64,000 bases of DNA from an uncultured Planctomycetaceae bacterium (lineage in GTDB: Bacteria; Planctomycetota; Planctomycetia; Isosphaerales; Isosphaeraceae). The position numbers and the translations under genes were made by a program. Shown piece by piece: positions 52,452-63,260 of the stretch (position 1 is the first letter of the stretch; each line of letters starts with the position of its first letter). Location of the stretch: NCBI GenBank assembly GCA_963833985.1, contig CAWIAD010000002.1, positions 4,512,001 to 4,576,000 of the forward strand. Direction: 5' to 3'. Under the pieces are notes generated by a model that saw only the letters and a list, made by a program, of their open reading frames with translations, had not been told where the DNA came from and ran no database searches.

Positions 52452-55129
52452 ATGTCGATCGCGAGCCCGCCACCAGCGGACCAGCGCCGGGCCAGGCTCG
52501 CGGACATGGTCCTCGTCGTCCTCTTCCTCGCGCTCACGTTTCTACTGGGGATGTTCCTGGTCCGGGATGCCGATTTCTACTGGCACCTGCGAACCGGCGA
52601 CCTGATCCGCCAGACCGTTCAGATTCCCCGCACCGACATCTTCACCTTCACGGCAGAGCCTGAGCGCCCCTGGATCAATTTGCACTGGCTCTTCGAGGTG
52701 GCGATCAGCTGGGTCCACGAGAGGTCCGGCGTGGCCGGCGTGAACCTGGCCAAGTGCGGCGTCACCACGCTGGCCCTGCTGCTGCTGGTGACGGCGCGGC
52801 GGCCGGAATGGCCGATGTGGGCCATCTTGCTGGCATGGCTTCCCGCGCTTCTCGTGCTTTCAGGACGGATGTATGTGCGGCCCGAAACGCTCACGCTTTT
52901 GTACCTGTCCGTCTTCCTCGCGGTGCTGGTCCGGTGGGATCGTCACCCGCGCCTGACCTGGCTGCTGCCCGTCGTCCAGGTCTTCTGGGTGAACTCACAG
53001 GGGCTCTTCCTGCTGGGGCCCATTCTCCTGGCCTTTGCGCTCGGGGACGCCGCGCTATCGCCGGGGGCGTTTACTTCCGAGCGGCGGGCCTGGTGGGCCA
53101 CGATCGGCCCGCCGAGCGCGGCCGCCTGCGCCGCGTGCCTGGCGAACCCGTTCGGCGTCCGCGGGGTGGCCGTGCCACTGCACCTCTTGCAGGCCATGAG
53201 TGACCCCGTCTTCTCGACCTGGGTGGCCGAGCTGACGCCGATCCCGGAATTCATCCGCCGCACGGGATGGCTGAATCTGCGGCTCTGGCTCTACTTCGCC
53301 ACCATGCTGCTGGGGCTCTCCAGCTTCCTGTTCCCCCTGGCCTGGTCAGTGCGCTCCAGCCGGCAGGGGCCGATGCCGCCCGAGGAACGCTGGCGGCTGA
53401 GTCCGTTTCGCCTGCTGCTGTTCGTCGCGTTCTCCGCGCTCAGCTTCAGAGCCACGCGGAACAGCCACCAGTTCGCGGCCGTGGTGGGCGCGGTGACGGC
53501 ATGGAACTTCGGCGAGTGGGCCGCGGCCGCGGCAGGCCGTCGAGCCGCCACGGGCGAATCGTCCGCGTCCTCCCCTGGAACGGTCTGGGCGCCCCGACTG
53601 CTCGCCGGCGCCGCGATCGTATCCCTACTGTTCTGGGTTGGCTCCGGCTGGTTCTTTGAGGCGACACGCGAGGATCGGCGGTTCGGGCTGGGGGAGGACC
53701 CCCTCTACTATCCGCATGAGGCCATCCGCTTTTGCGGGGGCCAGGCGATGACCGAGCGCTTCCTCGGCTTTCCGGTCGCCGAGGCCGCGCTCTACGAGTA
53801 CCACAATGGACCGCAGCGCAAGGTCTTCACGGACCCGCGCGCAACGCGCAGAGCCTCGGCAAGTTCGTGCGGCTCTATCAGGGCATCGGGGCGGACGAGC
53901 CAGGCTGGGAGGCCGCGCTGGACGCGATGGGGCGTCCAGTCGTCATGGCCGACCACGCGAACGCCGCGCACCTGGGCGCCGTGCTGCTCCGCCAGGGCAA
54001 CTGGCGGTGCGTCTGGTTCGACCCGGTCACGGCGGTCGTCGTGCACCAGCAATCCGTGCCGGCCGCGCGGGTTCCGGCGGTGGACTTTGCCGAGCGGCAT
54101 TTCGCGCCTCATGGGCCGGCCGGACCGCGCGACGTCCGCACCCTGCTGGCGTCGGCCAGGGCGGTTTGCAATTACCTCGGTGCCATCCCTCCCGATCGCC
54201 TGTACCTGGTGCGGCCGCTTGCCTGGGCCGGTCTGGATGACGCTCGCCAGGCCACGGTTCTCGATCCCGGGTCGAGCGAGGCCTGGCAGTGCCTGGGGCA
54301 GATCGAACTGCTGCGCAGTCCCTTGCCCGCGCGTGCTCCGCGCTACAACCTGCCCTTCGATCCGACCGTCGATCTGCCCCTGGTCCGTGCCTCCTGCGCC
54401 CTGCGCCGCGCGCTCGATCGAGCGCCCGAGGACTTCACAACCCTCATGCTGCTTGACCAGGTGTACGAGACGCGGCAGATGTATGAGGCCGCGCTTCCCC
54501 TCCTGGAGCGAATGACGGGCGTTCGAGCGTTCAATCAGAACCAGGCCAGGCTGCAAACGCTGGCAGCCGGCGCGGCGCTCGGATTCCGTCGCATGCTGGG
54601 TCCGCCACCGCCGGAGCACTGGCGCAGCCCCGAGGAGCTGGAACAGGTGATCGCGGTTCTCCTGCGTCTCGGGCGGGCCGAGAGCGCCGCCGTGCTCATC
54701 GAGCGGGGCCATTCCCCGGCGCATGCGCGCTGGGAATGCGTCGATCGGGTCGCGACCCTGTGGCTGCACCTGGGTGACCCGGCCCGCGCCCGGTCGCTCT
54801 GGGAACAGGCCGGCACGGTGCCCGACCGGGCCCTGCTCGCCGCGAGGATCGGCGCGACGTACCTCGCCGAGGCCGATCTCGTGCAGGCTCGGCAGGCCTA
54901 CCAGCGCGCGATCGCCCGCAACCCCAGGCTCTTCGAGGCCCAGTACGCCCTCGCCGTGCTGGAAGCCGACGCCGGCCACGCGACGGCGGCCTACCAGTGC
55001 GGCCTGATCGCCGTCGCGACCGCGGCGGATGCAAGATCCAGAGCCGCGGCGCAGGAAATCGTGCAGGAGGTCCAGCGCTCCGCCCAGCCAGCGGCAGGCG
55101 AAAGCCATCCAGAGATCGCGACGCGATGA
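52452..55129 (+). CDS. multi-TM GT-C-like membrane protein with C-terminal TPR-like region; indel near 53850
   Basis: DADFYWHLRTG, PWINLHWLFE, RPE, WVNSQG, ANPFG, KVFTDPR, followed by helical repeats. Confidence 0.75.
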
Positions 55130-55241
55130 ATGAGCGTCAGCAATCAACCGTGTGATTCCAAACAACTCAGGTACGAACGGCAAGCCCGCATGACGATTGC
55201 ATGTTCCGCTGTCGCGTCCATGGATCGGCTCGACGCCTGCC

Positions 55242-56108
55242 TCACCAGGAGAGCGTTTCGGGGAAGAACTCGGCGATCAGCTCGCGGTAATAGGGCTCGA
55301 GGGCAGCGACATCGGGCGGCTGGTGGCCCTTCGAGTAAAGATCGTAGGGGTTGAACTTGCGGACCCACTCCATCTCCCGGCGGTCGCGGTCATTCATCAG
55401 GCAGGTGTACTCTCCCTCGCGGTGGGCGGGGTAGAAGGAGTGGTAGCGGATCATGGCCAGCGCCTCGTCGGGCAGGTAATTCTTGACCACGTGGTACAGA
55501 TATTCATCGTGGCCCCACGAGAGGTCCACCTTGTCGAGACCGCAGCCCGGCTCATAGATACCGTTCTCGGACTGGTAGGCGGGCACGGAGGAATCGGGAT
55601 TGTCGCGAAAGAACTCGTGGAAGACGATCTTTTCCGAGTAACGGCAGCCAACCGGGAAGGTATCGCCCACAACGGCCCACTGCGGCTCGCCCCAGAGGCA
55701 GAGGATCTTGCCGAGGTCGTGGATCAGCCCCGTAAGGATGAACCAGCGGGGATGGCCATCGGCACGAATCGCCTCGGCCGCCTGCATCAGATGTTCGATC
55801 TGTGTCAGTTCGGTATCCGGATCGCTGTCGTCGACCAGGGTGTTGAGATACTCCATGGCGTCCCAGATTCCCATCCTGCGGCGCGACAGGGAGAGGAACT
55901 CGCGCTTCTTGGCCCGCACGAAATCCACCGTCTGGGAGGTGTGGTTGAGATAGTAGAACTCGCGCACGCCGGGGCGGACGCTGTCGCCATAGTCGCGAAA
56001 CGCCGCTCCTTCGCCGGGCGCCGGGTAGCGCTCGACCAGGAACGACTCCCAATCGTCAAGGTGTTCCAGCGGTTCAGGTTGGGACGGGCCGGATGAGTTC
56101 GCTGCCAT
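55242..56108 (-). CDS. inositol oxygenase (MIOX) family HD-domain di-iron enzyme
   Basis: [63 protein letters not shown]. Confidence 0.93.
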   Translation of the reverse strand: MAANSSGPSQPEPLEHLDDWESFLVERYPAPGEGAAFRDYGDSVRPGVREFYYLNHTSQTVDFVRAKKREFLSLSRRRMGIWDAMEYLNTLVDDSDPDTELTQIEHLMQAAEAIRADGHPRWFILTGLIHDLGKILCLWGEPQWAVVGDTFPVGCRYSEKIVFHEFFRDNPDSSVPAYQSENGIYEPGCGLDKVDLSWGHDEYLYHVVKNYLPDEALAMIRYHSFYPAHREGEYTCLMNDRDRREMEWVRKFNPYDLYSKGHQPPDVAALEPYYRELIAEFFPETLSW

Positions 56109-56431
56109 GTCGGTTCCCCTGTGTGGGACGGGAGCAGAGTGGGCGTTGCGAGTGGCGTCGCCTCATTTTAATGTTCCGCACGGCCGATGAGAACGGATGA
56201 CGAGATCATCGCGCCGGGGCCTGGCAAGAGAAATTGTCGCTCGATTCCGGAAATTCCTCACAGCCCGAGACACGGACGAACGATAACTAGACCACATGGA
56301 CTGGTCGCGATGAAGAAAACGAGACGCCGGAACGATCGGTCCTGATCCAGGTCACAACGGTCCCGGCGCCGGCCGGAGGGCAGGAGAGGCTCCCGGCGCG
56401 TTCGCGCAAGTCCCAAGGAGGGGGAAAGACC

Positions 56432-57043
56432 ATGTTCCAATCCGCGCGGCACCGGAGCCCGATGACCCCGCGCTGGGTTCGCGGCCTGCTGACGAGTGCC
56501 TTTCTGGCCGTGATGACGACGACGCATTCTGGCTGCGGACTCGATTATGTGTACCGCAACATGTCGCCCCTCCGTCCCACGGGGTGGTCGTTCGCCTGGC
56601 CTGTCTTGCCGTCACAGCAACAGCGCCTCGAAGAAGATATCAAGCGTGAGCAGCGGGACCGCGTGCCCATTCTGGATCCGATTCCCGCCGACGGTCTCGG
56701 CGCGGCCTGCCTTGACCCGCCCAGCGAGGAAGAGGTCTGGAACAAGGTGCCCAAGTTCAAGAACGGCGCTTATTTCTTTTATGAGACGCAACGCAATAAC
56801 GTCCGCATCCTGATCGAGAAGATCGGCGAGAAGATCGACCCGTGCAAGATCTACCCGCTGGCCGGCCCCTGCCAGCTCGTGCACTGCCATTACAAGTGCA
56901 CCGTCTACTTTGACGAGCTGTACTGGTCGGACTACCCCATTCCCTTCAACCACGTGGATCACCGGGTTGAGGTGGTCTACATTGACAAGGATCACCTGCG
57001 ACGCTGCGGCGGACCCGCACAGGCCATCACGCCCCCGCTCTGA
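56432..57043 (+). CDS. planctomycete-type putative lipoprotein with Cys/His motifs
   Basis: AGGAGG RBS, SGC after a hydrophobic stretch, CLDPPSEEEV, GPCQLVHCHYKC, VVYIDKDHL. Confidence 0.75.
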   Translation: MFQSARHRSPMTPRWVRGLLTSAFLAVMTTTHSGCGLDYVYRNMSPLRPTGWSFAWPVLPSQQQRLEEDIKREQRDRVPILDPIPADGLGAACLDPPSEEEVWNKVPKFKNGAYFFYETQRNNVRILIEKIGEKIDPCKIYPLAGPCQLVHCHYKCTVYFDELYWSDYPIPFNHVDHRVEVVYIDKDHLRRCGGPAQAITPPL

Positions 57044-57140
57044 GCCGCAACGGTCGGAAGCGGGAGGCGGCAGCAGCATGAGCCGGCGGCTCGCACGTGG
57101 GTGCGGCCCGCCGGCTCATGGCCGTTTCCGCGGGGTCAGC

Positions 57141-58100
57141 TCAGCGGCGCCCGGCGGTCTGCTTGAAGAACGGGAAGATGGCCAGCAGCTCCTGGCTCGA
57201 AGGCTGTGTGCCGTATTCGCAGACCTCGAAGGCCTCCGCGCACTTCACGGCCGAGCCCGCTTCCTGGCCCAGCTCAGCGATGAGCTCGGCCCGGAACCGC
57301 TGGGCCAGGCTCCCGGATCGCTCCTCGGCTCGTTTCCGCGTCCAGGCCAGCCGCTCCTCCTTGCCCTGTGGCACCTCGTTCAGGTAACCGAAGAGCCATG
57401 GGTTCCACTCATAAAACTGCGACTCCAGCGCGTCGATGCAGGCGACCTTCTGATCCATCACCGGGTCGATCGGCACGACGGCGTCGGGCTGGAATGGGTT
57501 GGGCTTCTTGAAGCCGTCGGAGCAGTACAGGAACACGGGGTTCTTGCACAGCGCCGGGACGTCCGGGCAGAAGCTAGGCACGATCACCATGAACGCCGCG
57601 TCCTGGACGAGGATCGCCGTGTAGCGATGGTCGGGATGGTAATCGTTGGGCCGGGGCGAGATGACCACGTCGGCCTGCCACTCGCGGATCTTGCGGGTGA
57701 TCGTGCGGCGGTTCTCCAGGGTCGGCATCAGCTCGCCGTCGTGGATATCGAGGACTTCGGTATCAATCCCCAGGATCTCGGCGCAGCGCTTCACCTCGGC
57801 GGTCCGGCGGCGGGCCAGGACGGCCCCGGCCATCTGGTGATGTCCGATATCGCCATTGGTCACGCTCACGAACTTCACCTTGAAGCCCAGCTTGACCCAC
57901 CGCGCCGCGGTCCCTCCGGAGGAGATCTCGCAGTCGTCGGGATGGGCCCCGAAGACGATGACGCGAAGCGGCTTTCCGCCGTCCTGAACGATTTCCGCAC
58001 CCGGGGCCGCGGAACAGGCCAATCCATGCGCCATACTGAGAGAGAGCAAGCAAACCCCGGCGCTGAGCCAGGCGGTCTTGCTACCGTGTCCGTGCCGCAT
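57141..58100 (-). CDS. secreted PIG-L/LmbE family deacetylase
   Basis: FGAHPDDCEI, VTNGD.G, RRTAE, DYHPDH. AGGAG RBS and signal peptide. Confidence 0.9.
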   Translation of the reverse strand: MRHGHGSKTAWLSAGVCLLSLSMAHGLACSAAPGAEIVQDGGKPLRVIVFGAHPDDCEISSGGTAARWVKLGFKVKFVSVTNGDIGHHQMAGAVLARRRTAEVKRCAEILGIDTEVLDIHDGELMPTLENRRTITRKIREWQADVVISPRPNDYHPDHRYTAILVQDAAFMVIVPSFCPDVPALCKNPVFLYCSDGFKKPNPFQPDAVVPIDPVMDQKVACIDALESQFYEWNPWLFGYLNEVPQGKEERLAWTRKRAEERSGSLAQRFRAELIAELGQEAGSAVKCAEAFEVCEYGTQPSSQELLAIFPFFKQTAGRR

Positions 58101-58240
58101 CGACGAGACTCCTGCAAGTGAGCGAATATGGACCAGGACGCGCAAAAGGGATCGCCCGGCCAGCATGCCGGCGGGTTGTCGATCTCGATGTCCAGCGTAA
58201 CATGCCGCAACGTGCCGTCACGGGTGCACTGCCACGGTGC

Positions 58241-58270
58241 TTGCCGCGGGGGAAATCACCCCCGTAGAAT
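58241..58270 (+). promoter_or_regulatory. sigma70-type promoter with palindromic spacer, probably giving a leaderless mRNA
   Basis: TTGCCG-[CGGGGGAAATCACCCCCG]-TAGAAT, with the ATG 7 nt downstream. Confidence 0.55.
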
Positions 58271-58277
58271 CGAGATC

Positions 58278-60179
58278 ATGAAAAGCCAGCGCAAGTCAAT
58301 TTCGGGCGCGGTCGCCGGCGTGCTGGTCCTTGCCGCCCTGGTGGGCAGGGGCCAGGCGGGAACCTACGCGGAGGCCACCCCCGGCCGAGGCGGAGACGAT
58401 CGCTCCGCGGTCGTTCTGCTGGATCGCGCCGGACAGCCGCGGATCGAGGGAACCCTGCTCCTGGAGCCCGGCGGCCGGCTGAAGCTGGTGCCTCGAGACG
58501 GCCGGCTGAGCGGTCCGACGACCCTGGAGCCTGGAGCGATCGTGAGCTTGCCGGCCAGCGCCCCCCAGGTGACCGCCATCCCCCCCCTGTTCCGCGTCCA
58601 GGTGGGCGAGACCGCGCGGATTTCGGGGATGCTTCGTGCCGTCACCGACAAGGCCGTGCTGCTCAGCGTTCCCTGGCAAGCCGCGGATGTCGCGGTGACA
58701 CGACCCGGCGTCCAGGCCGTGCTCCAGCGCCCTGGCGAGGCACGGCTGTTCGCCGATCGGTTCGATCGACTCGAGCCGGCGCGCTGGAGCGTACGGGGCA
58801 AGCCCCAGCCTGCGGAGTCATTGGCTCCGGCGCACGCGGGCAAGGGCCTGCGGCTGCCCGCGGGCGAGGCCTCCCTGGAGCACCGGCTCGCCGAGCCCGT
58901 GGGCTCCGGACGCGTCGAGCTTGCGTTCCTGGATGAAGGCCGGACGGCCGCGGGCCAGCGCTGGACTTTCGAGCTGACTTTTCGGGGCCCGGCCGGACCG
59001 GCCACTCTCTGTGTCTTGCTGGGCTGGGCGGAGGAAAGCCTGGCTGTGGAGTGTCCGTCGGGACCGACGCTCGCGGTGCAAAGGCTGGCGCACTCCGCCG
59101 GCTGGCACAGGCTGTCGCTCCGCTTCGGACCGGAGCATACCGAGATCGCCGTCGACGGGAAGGAGTTGGCGCACGGCCGCGCCCCTGCCGGCCCGCTCGA
59201 CTCCGTGAAGATCGCCACGGGGAAAGCCGGCGCGAACCCTACGCCTCCGTCCGCCGACCTCGCAGGGTACCTCGGCGAGATCCAGATCATCCGCTTCGCG
59301 GAGCCGCCGACCAGCCTGGAAGTCGACCCTTCTCAGGATGAAGTGCGGCTGGTGGTTGGCGACCAGCTTTACGGACAGGTCCACCAGGCCGATCACGACC
59401 GGGTGACCATCGACATCGAGGAGAAGTCGGTGGCGCTGGACTGGAGCGAGGTCGCGGGCATCCACTTTCGCCGCGTGCCCGCAACGTCGCCCATCGTCGC
59501 GGGCGCCCTCGCCCGGCTGGAATGGCACGCCGTCCCCGGAGAGCCCCGGGACGGCCGCGACCTTGACTTCGCCGAGGGCGCCGTCACCGCCATCTCCGAC
59601 ACGGCCATCACCCTTGCCACGCCCTACGCAGGCACCCTGGTCATTCCGCGCGACCGGCTCGTCCGGCTGCGCGTGCTCGATCGGGGCTGGCTGCGGGTCA
59701 TCGACTCCGCCGCGCATCACCTGGGAGACAACATCTCGACCACCCCACCGTTGCTCGACCCCCCGTTGCCGGAAGGCGGCGTCCTCGAGCGCACCTTCGT
59801 GCTGGATGAGGCCCGTCCCGGCAACCAGGCCTTCGTGGTCCTGGACGTGGTGCAGGTGGTGGGCGAGAGCTCGGGACTGCCGTACTCGAACCTGGTCCAG
59901 AAAGGGGAACTGCGCACCTACGTGGCCGTCAACGGCCGGAGAATCGACTACCTCAACCGGTACATCAATACCTCCAACGAGACGCCCGAGCGGATCCGCA
60001 TTCCGATCCCCCGCGACCTTCTCAAGACCGGCAAGAACCTGCTGAGGATTGAACAGACCGGTATCGCCAGCGACCCGACATGGTTCGACGACCTCGGCAT
60101 CCTCCAGGTGGCCATCCAGTTCTCGAACCCCGAGACCACAGCGCCGGACGGGCCGGCCGGATCAGGGGCCAAACCGTGA
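58278..60179 (+). CDS. secreted multidomain hypothetical protein (central LamG/lectin-like beta-sandwich)
   Basis: Signal peptide, WHRLSLRF...IAVDGKEL strand pattern, strong codon bias. Ends 10 nt upstream of the DAC gene. Confidence 0.7.
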   Translation: MKSQRKSISGAVAGVLVLAALVGRGQAGTYAEATPGRGGDDRSAVVLLDRAGQPRIEGTLLLEPGGRLKLVPRDGRLSGPTTLEPGAIVSLPASAPQVTAIPPLFRVQVGETARISGMLRAVTDKAVLLSVPWQAADVAVTRPGVQAVLQRPGEARLFADRFDRLEPARWSVRGKPQPAESLAPAHAGKGLRLPAGEASLEHRLAEPVGSGRVELAFLDEGRTAAGQRWTFELTFRGPAGPATLCVLLGWAEESLAVECPSGPTLAVQRLAHSAGWHRLSLRFGPEHTEIAVDGKELAHGRAPAGPLDSVKIATGKAGANPTPPSADLAGYLGEIQIIRFAEPPTSLEVDPSQDEVRLVVGDQLYGQVHQADHDRVTIDIEEKSVALDWSEVAGIHFRRVPATSPIVAGALARLEWHAVPGEPRDGRDLDFAEGAVTAISDTAITLATPYAGTLVIPRDRLVRLRVLDRGWLRVIDSAAHHLGDNISTTPPLLDPPLPEGGVLERTFVLDEARPGNQAFVVLDVVQVVGESSGLPYSNLVQKGELRTYVAVNGRRIDYLNRYINTSNETPERIRIPIPRDLLKTGKNLLRIEQTGIASDPTWFDDLGILQVAIQFSNPETTAPDGPAGSGAKP

Positions 60180-60189
60180 CGGTTACGGC

Positions 60190-61089
60190 ATGAAGACATT
60201 GACCCGCAGCCTGGTCCGCCATGCCCACGCCATCGCCCGCGAGGTCGATGCCCGCGTGATTCTGCTGCACGCCGACGTCATCGAGGAAGATGCCGATCTG
60301 TCGTCGCTCATCGAGGATGTCAACTTCCGGATCATTCTGGTCTCGCACCGGCCCGGATTTCTGCCGCCCGTGGAACGCAAGGATATCTGCTCGGTGGTCC
60401 ATGTCCCCGACATCGCCATGACCCGCGCCGGCCTGGTGAAGGTGGCCACGCTGGTGGCCGCGGCCGAGAGCCTGGTGAAGGCCGGCGACCGCATCCTCTG
60501 CCTGACGGGAATTGACGGCTCGGGCTCGATCGATACCATCATGGTCCTGGACATGGGCACGGAGATTGAGCTCTTCTCTGCCTCCGCGGCCGATCCGCTG
60601 CCCAGGGACGTGACCTCGGCGGTCTTCGAGCGAATCCTCACGCTCGCCAGCGAGCTGGGCGTCGAGGGCCGGGAAGGCCGGACGGTCGGTACCCTGTTCG
60701 TGGTGGGCGACAGCGACCGGGTGCTGACTCAGAGCCATCAGCTCGTCTTCAACCCGTTCCACGGCTATCCCGAGACCGACCGCAACATCCTGGACCACCG
60801 CCTGGAAGAAACGATCAAGGAATTCTCGGCGATTGACGGCGCTTTCGTGGTGCGCGGCGACGGCGTGGTGCTGGCGGCCGGGCGGTTCATCGCCCCGCGC
60901 AGCCGGCTGGAGGAGCCGCTTCCTCAGGGCCTGGGCACGCGGCATGAGGCGGCCGCGTCAATCACCGTGACCACCGATTCCATCGCCGTCTGCGTGTCTC
61001 AATCCACCGGGACTGTCTCCATCTTCAAGGGCGGCCGGATGATCCTCGACATCCAGAAGCCCCGCAGCCGCGGTGGTGACGGTCTCTGA
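60190..61089 (+). CDS. diadenylate cyclase (DisA_N domain), soluble DacZ/CdaZ-like
   Basis: EGREGRTVGTLFVVGD, FNPFHGY, EFSAIDGAFVV (DGA motif), GLGTRHEAA, VSQSTGTV. Confidence 0.9.
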   Translation: MKTLTRSLVRHAHAIAREVDARVILLHADVIEEDADLSSLIEDVNFRIILVSHRPGFLPPVERKDICSVVHVPDIAMTRAGLVKVATLVAAAESLVKAGDRILCLTGIDGSGSIDTIMVLDMGTEIELFSASAADPLPRDVTSAVFERILTLASELGVEGREGRTVGTLFVVGDSDRVLTQSHQLVFNPFHGYPETDRNILDHRLEETIKEFSAIDGAFVVRGDGVVLAAGRFIAPRSRLEEPLPQGLGTRHEAAASITVTTDSIAVCVSQSTGTVSIFKGGRMILDIQKPRSRGGDGL

Positions 61090-61182
61090 AGCCGGCCCCG
61101 CAGGTGCGTTCGCCCCCGAAAGGACCGTCGTGAAGCCATGTCCGGTGGCTCAGCGCGTTGCGGCGCAACGCAATCCGCCGTC

Positions 61183-62811
61183 TCACTTCCCCTTGTTGAT
61201 CTGGTCGTAATAGGCGCGGATGTGCTTCTCGACGTTCTTGGGGATCTTCTGGTTCGAGAGTGCGTCGGCGGCTGAAGCGGTCGCGGCCTGCATCTCGCCC
61301 TGGATGTCGATGACGCTCTGGCCCTTGACGGTCTTGCTCGGCTGGGTGAACCCCTGGAGCACGGCCTTCCCCTTGCGGATCTGTTGCTGGACCTTGGTGG
61401 AATAAGTTGCGGTCTGGTCGGGGGCCTCGGGCCGGTCGCCCTGGCCGCGTCCGCGGCCGAGCCCGTTGCCCATACCCGGGCGCATGCCTTCCATGCCGCC
61501 CATGCCGTTCATCACGTCGCCAAGCTGGTTCATGCCGTCCTCGTTCATGCCGTTCTTGCAATCCATGACATTCGCCATGGCACTATCGAGGGCTTCCATC
61601 TCTTCCATCTGCTTGGCCATCTGGGCCAGTTGCTGCTGCGTCATCCCCAGGGATTCGGCGGCTTGCTTGGTGTCGCCGCGCTTGAGCGCCTCCTGGGCCT
61701 GGCCCAGCTTGCCGGCCAGCTGCTCCAGTTGCTTGAGGCTCTTGGCCTGCTGTTTCAGCTTGTCCATCTCGCGTTCGTATTGCTCCTTGCTCAGGCCGCC
61801 GTTCTTGAGCGCCTGGTCGAGCTGCTTCTTCCGTTCCTCCATGTTGGCGGCTTGCTGAAGTTTCTTGGTCATCTCGGCAAGCTGCTGTTCGAGGGCCTTC
61901 TTGTCGGCCTGGGTCATCTCCCCCTTCTCGAGCTTCTGCTGGAGCTCCTTGAGCTGCTCGGCGGCTTTCTTGAAGTCGCCCTTGGCGAGTTCCTTGGAGA
62001 ACTGGTCGGCCGGGCCGTTCTGGCCCATCTCCTTGAGCTGCTGGAGCTGGCGATTGACCTGGTCGGGAGAGCCGAGCTGCTTCTTCCGCTCCGCGAGGGC
62101 GTCGGTCAGCTTGTTCATCTCCACCAGGAGCCGGTCCTTCTGGGCTGGCGGCGCCTTGGCCAGGTCCTCGGCCTTCTTCTCAATCTGGGCCAGCAGCTTC
62201 TCGGCCTCGGGAAACTTGTCCTTATCGATCGTCTGCCGCTGGCTGGAAATCTTCTTGGCCAGCGACTCGGTCTTTCTGGCCAGGGCCCTGGCATCGACCT
62301 TGGTTTCGGTCTTCGCCTGGACGGTGCGCTCGATCCAGGCGGGAACGAAGAGCATGGACACCGCCAGGCCGGCGGGTATCAGCACGACCCAGGCGCGGCG
62401 GGGGAGCCGGGGGCCGAACGCGGAGGTCACGTCCAGGTCGGCCAGCTTCTTGCGGGCATCGGCCACCAGGGCATGCCCGGCGGCACTCTCACGCAGCTCG
62501 CCCGGCAAAGTGAGCGCCGTGCTCACTCGCTCACTGAGCCTGAAGGCGTGATCGATGGCCACGGCGGCGTCGAGCCGGCTTGGCCCGCTGAGGACGGCAA
62601 CGAGGGCCGCGGTCAGCATGGCAAGGCCTCCGGCCACGGCGAACGGTGCCCACTCGGGTCCCGGCAGGGGCCGGTTCAGCGCCTTGCTTGCCGCCAGAAC
62701 CCCGGCGACCAGCAAGAGCCCGATCGCCAGCGTCCACACGAAGTTGGTCACGAACCGCTGTAGCCTCAGCCGCCGAAACACCCGGCCCACCGGTTTCTCC
62801 AGCTCGCTCAT
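61183..62811 (-). CDS. membrane-anchored long coiled-coil protein
   Basis: TM helices, AAVAIDHAFRLSERVSTA, K/Q/E-rich heptads, Gly/Met-rich linker, end IRAYYDQI. Confidence 0.8.
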   Translation of the reverse strand: MSELEKPVGRVFRRLRLQRFVTNFVWTLAIGLLLVAGVLAASKALNRPLPGPEWAPFAVAGGLAMLTAALVAVLSGPSRLDAAVAIDHAFRLSERVSTALTLPGELRESAAGHALVADARKKLADLDVTSAFGPRLPRRAWVVLIPAGLAVSMLFVPAWIERTVQAKTETKVDARALARKTESLAKKISSQRQTIDKDKFPEAEKLLAQIEKKAEDLAKAPPAQKDRLLVEMNKLTDALAERKKQLGSPDQVNRQLQQLKEMGQNGPADQFSKELAKGDFKKAAEQLKELQQKLEKGEMTQADKKALEQQLAEMTKKLQQAANMEERKKQLDQALKNGGLSKEQYEREMDKLKQQAKSLKQLEQLAGKLGQAQEALKRGDTKQAAESLGMTQQQLAQMAKQMEEMEALDSAMANVMDCKNGMNEDGMNQLGDVMNGMGGMEGMRPGMGNGLGRGRGQGDRPEAPDQTATYSTKVQQQIRKGKAVLQGFTQPSKTVKGQSVIDIQGEMQAATASAADALSNQKIPKNVEKHIRAYYDQINKGK

Positions 62812-62970
62812 CGTGCGTCTCCCCGCGACCGTGGTTTCTGAAGTGGAACCGAGCGACCTGCTCTGACGAACGTCATATGCTGAGTCTAATGCGCGCGCCG
62901 CAGGATTGCAAGGCGTGTCGATGCGCACGGTTCTCCTGAATGCCACGAATCCTGGCGGGAAAGGTCGGAC

Positions 62971-63199
62971 TCAGGAGAGATGCCTGTGGCCGTTGATGAC
63001 CCTGAAGTTCTTGACGTCAATGACCGGCTCCGGCTGCACCTGGGACCGGGCCGGCGCGGCCAATCTGGCGCTGCTCGGCGATGGCGTCTGCCACTCGCTC
63101 GATCCGCGCGGCGACTCGTTCGCCCACGGCGCAGTAGGCTTCCTCGATGCACTGGCCGGCGGCACGGAGCGCGGACCTGATCGATTGGCATATCTTCAT
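62971..63199 (-). CDS. small hypothetical protein (possible indel near 63055)
   Basis: GGGAG RBS and MKICQSIRSALRAAG... The frame stops at 63017 as written; an alternative frame continues to 62971. Confidence 0.4.
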
Positions 63200-63260
63200 A
63201 AAGGCGATCTCCCGCAACAAGGGTGCGAATCCAGGATCAGCCGGCAAGGTTTCAAAGTTC

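Noticed and set aside
61090..61182. GCGTTGC-GGC-GCAACGC palindrome as a REP element or terminator
   Set aside because: It is a single short copy with no U-tract, which is not enough support.
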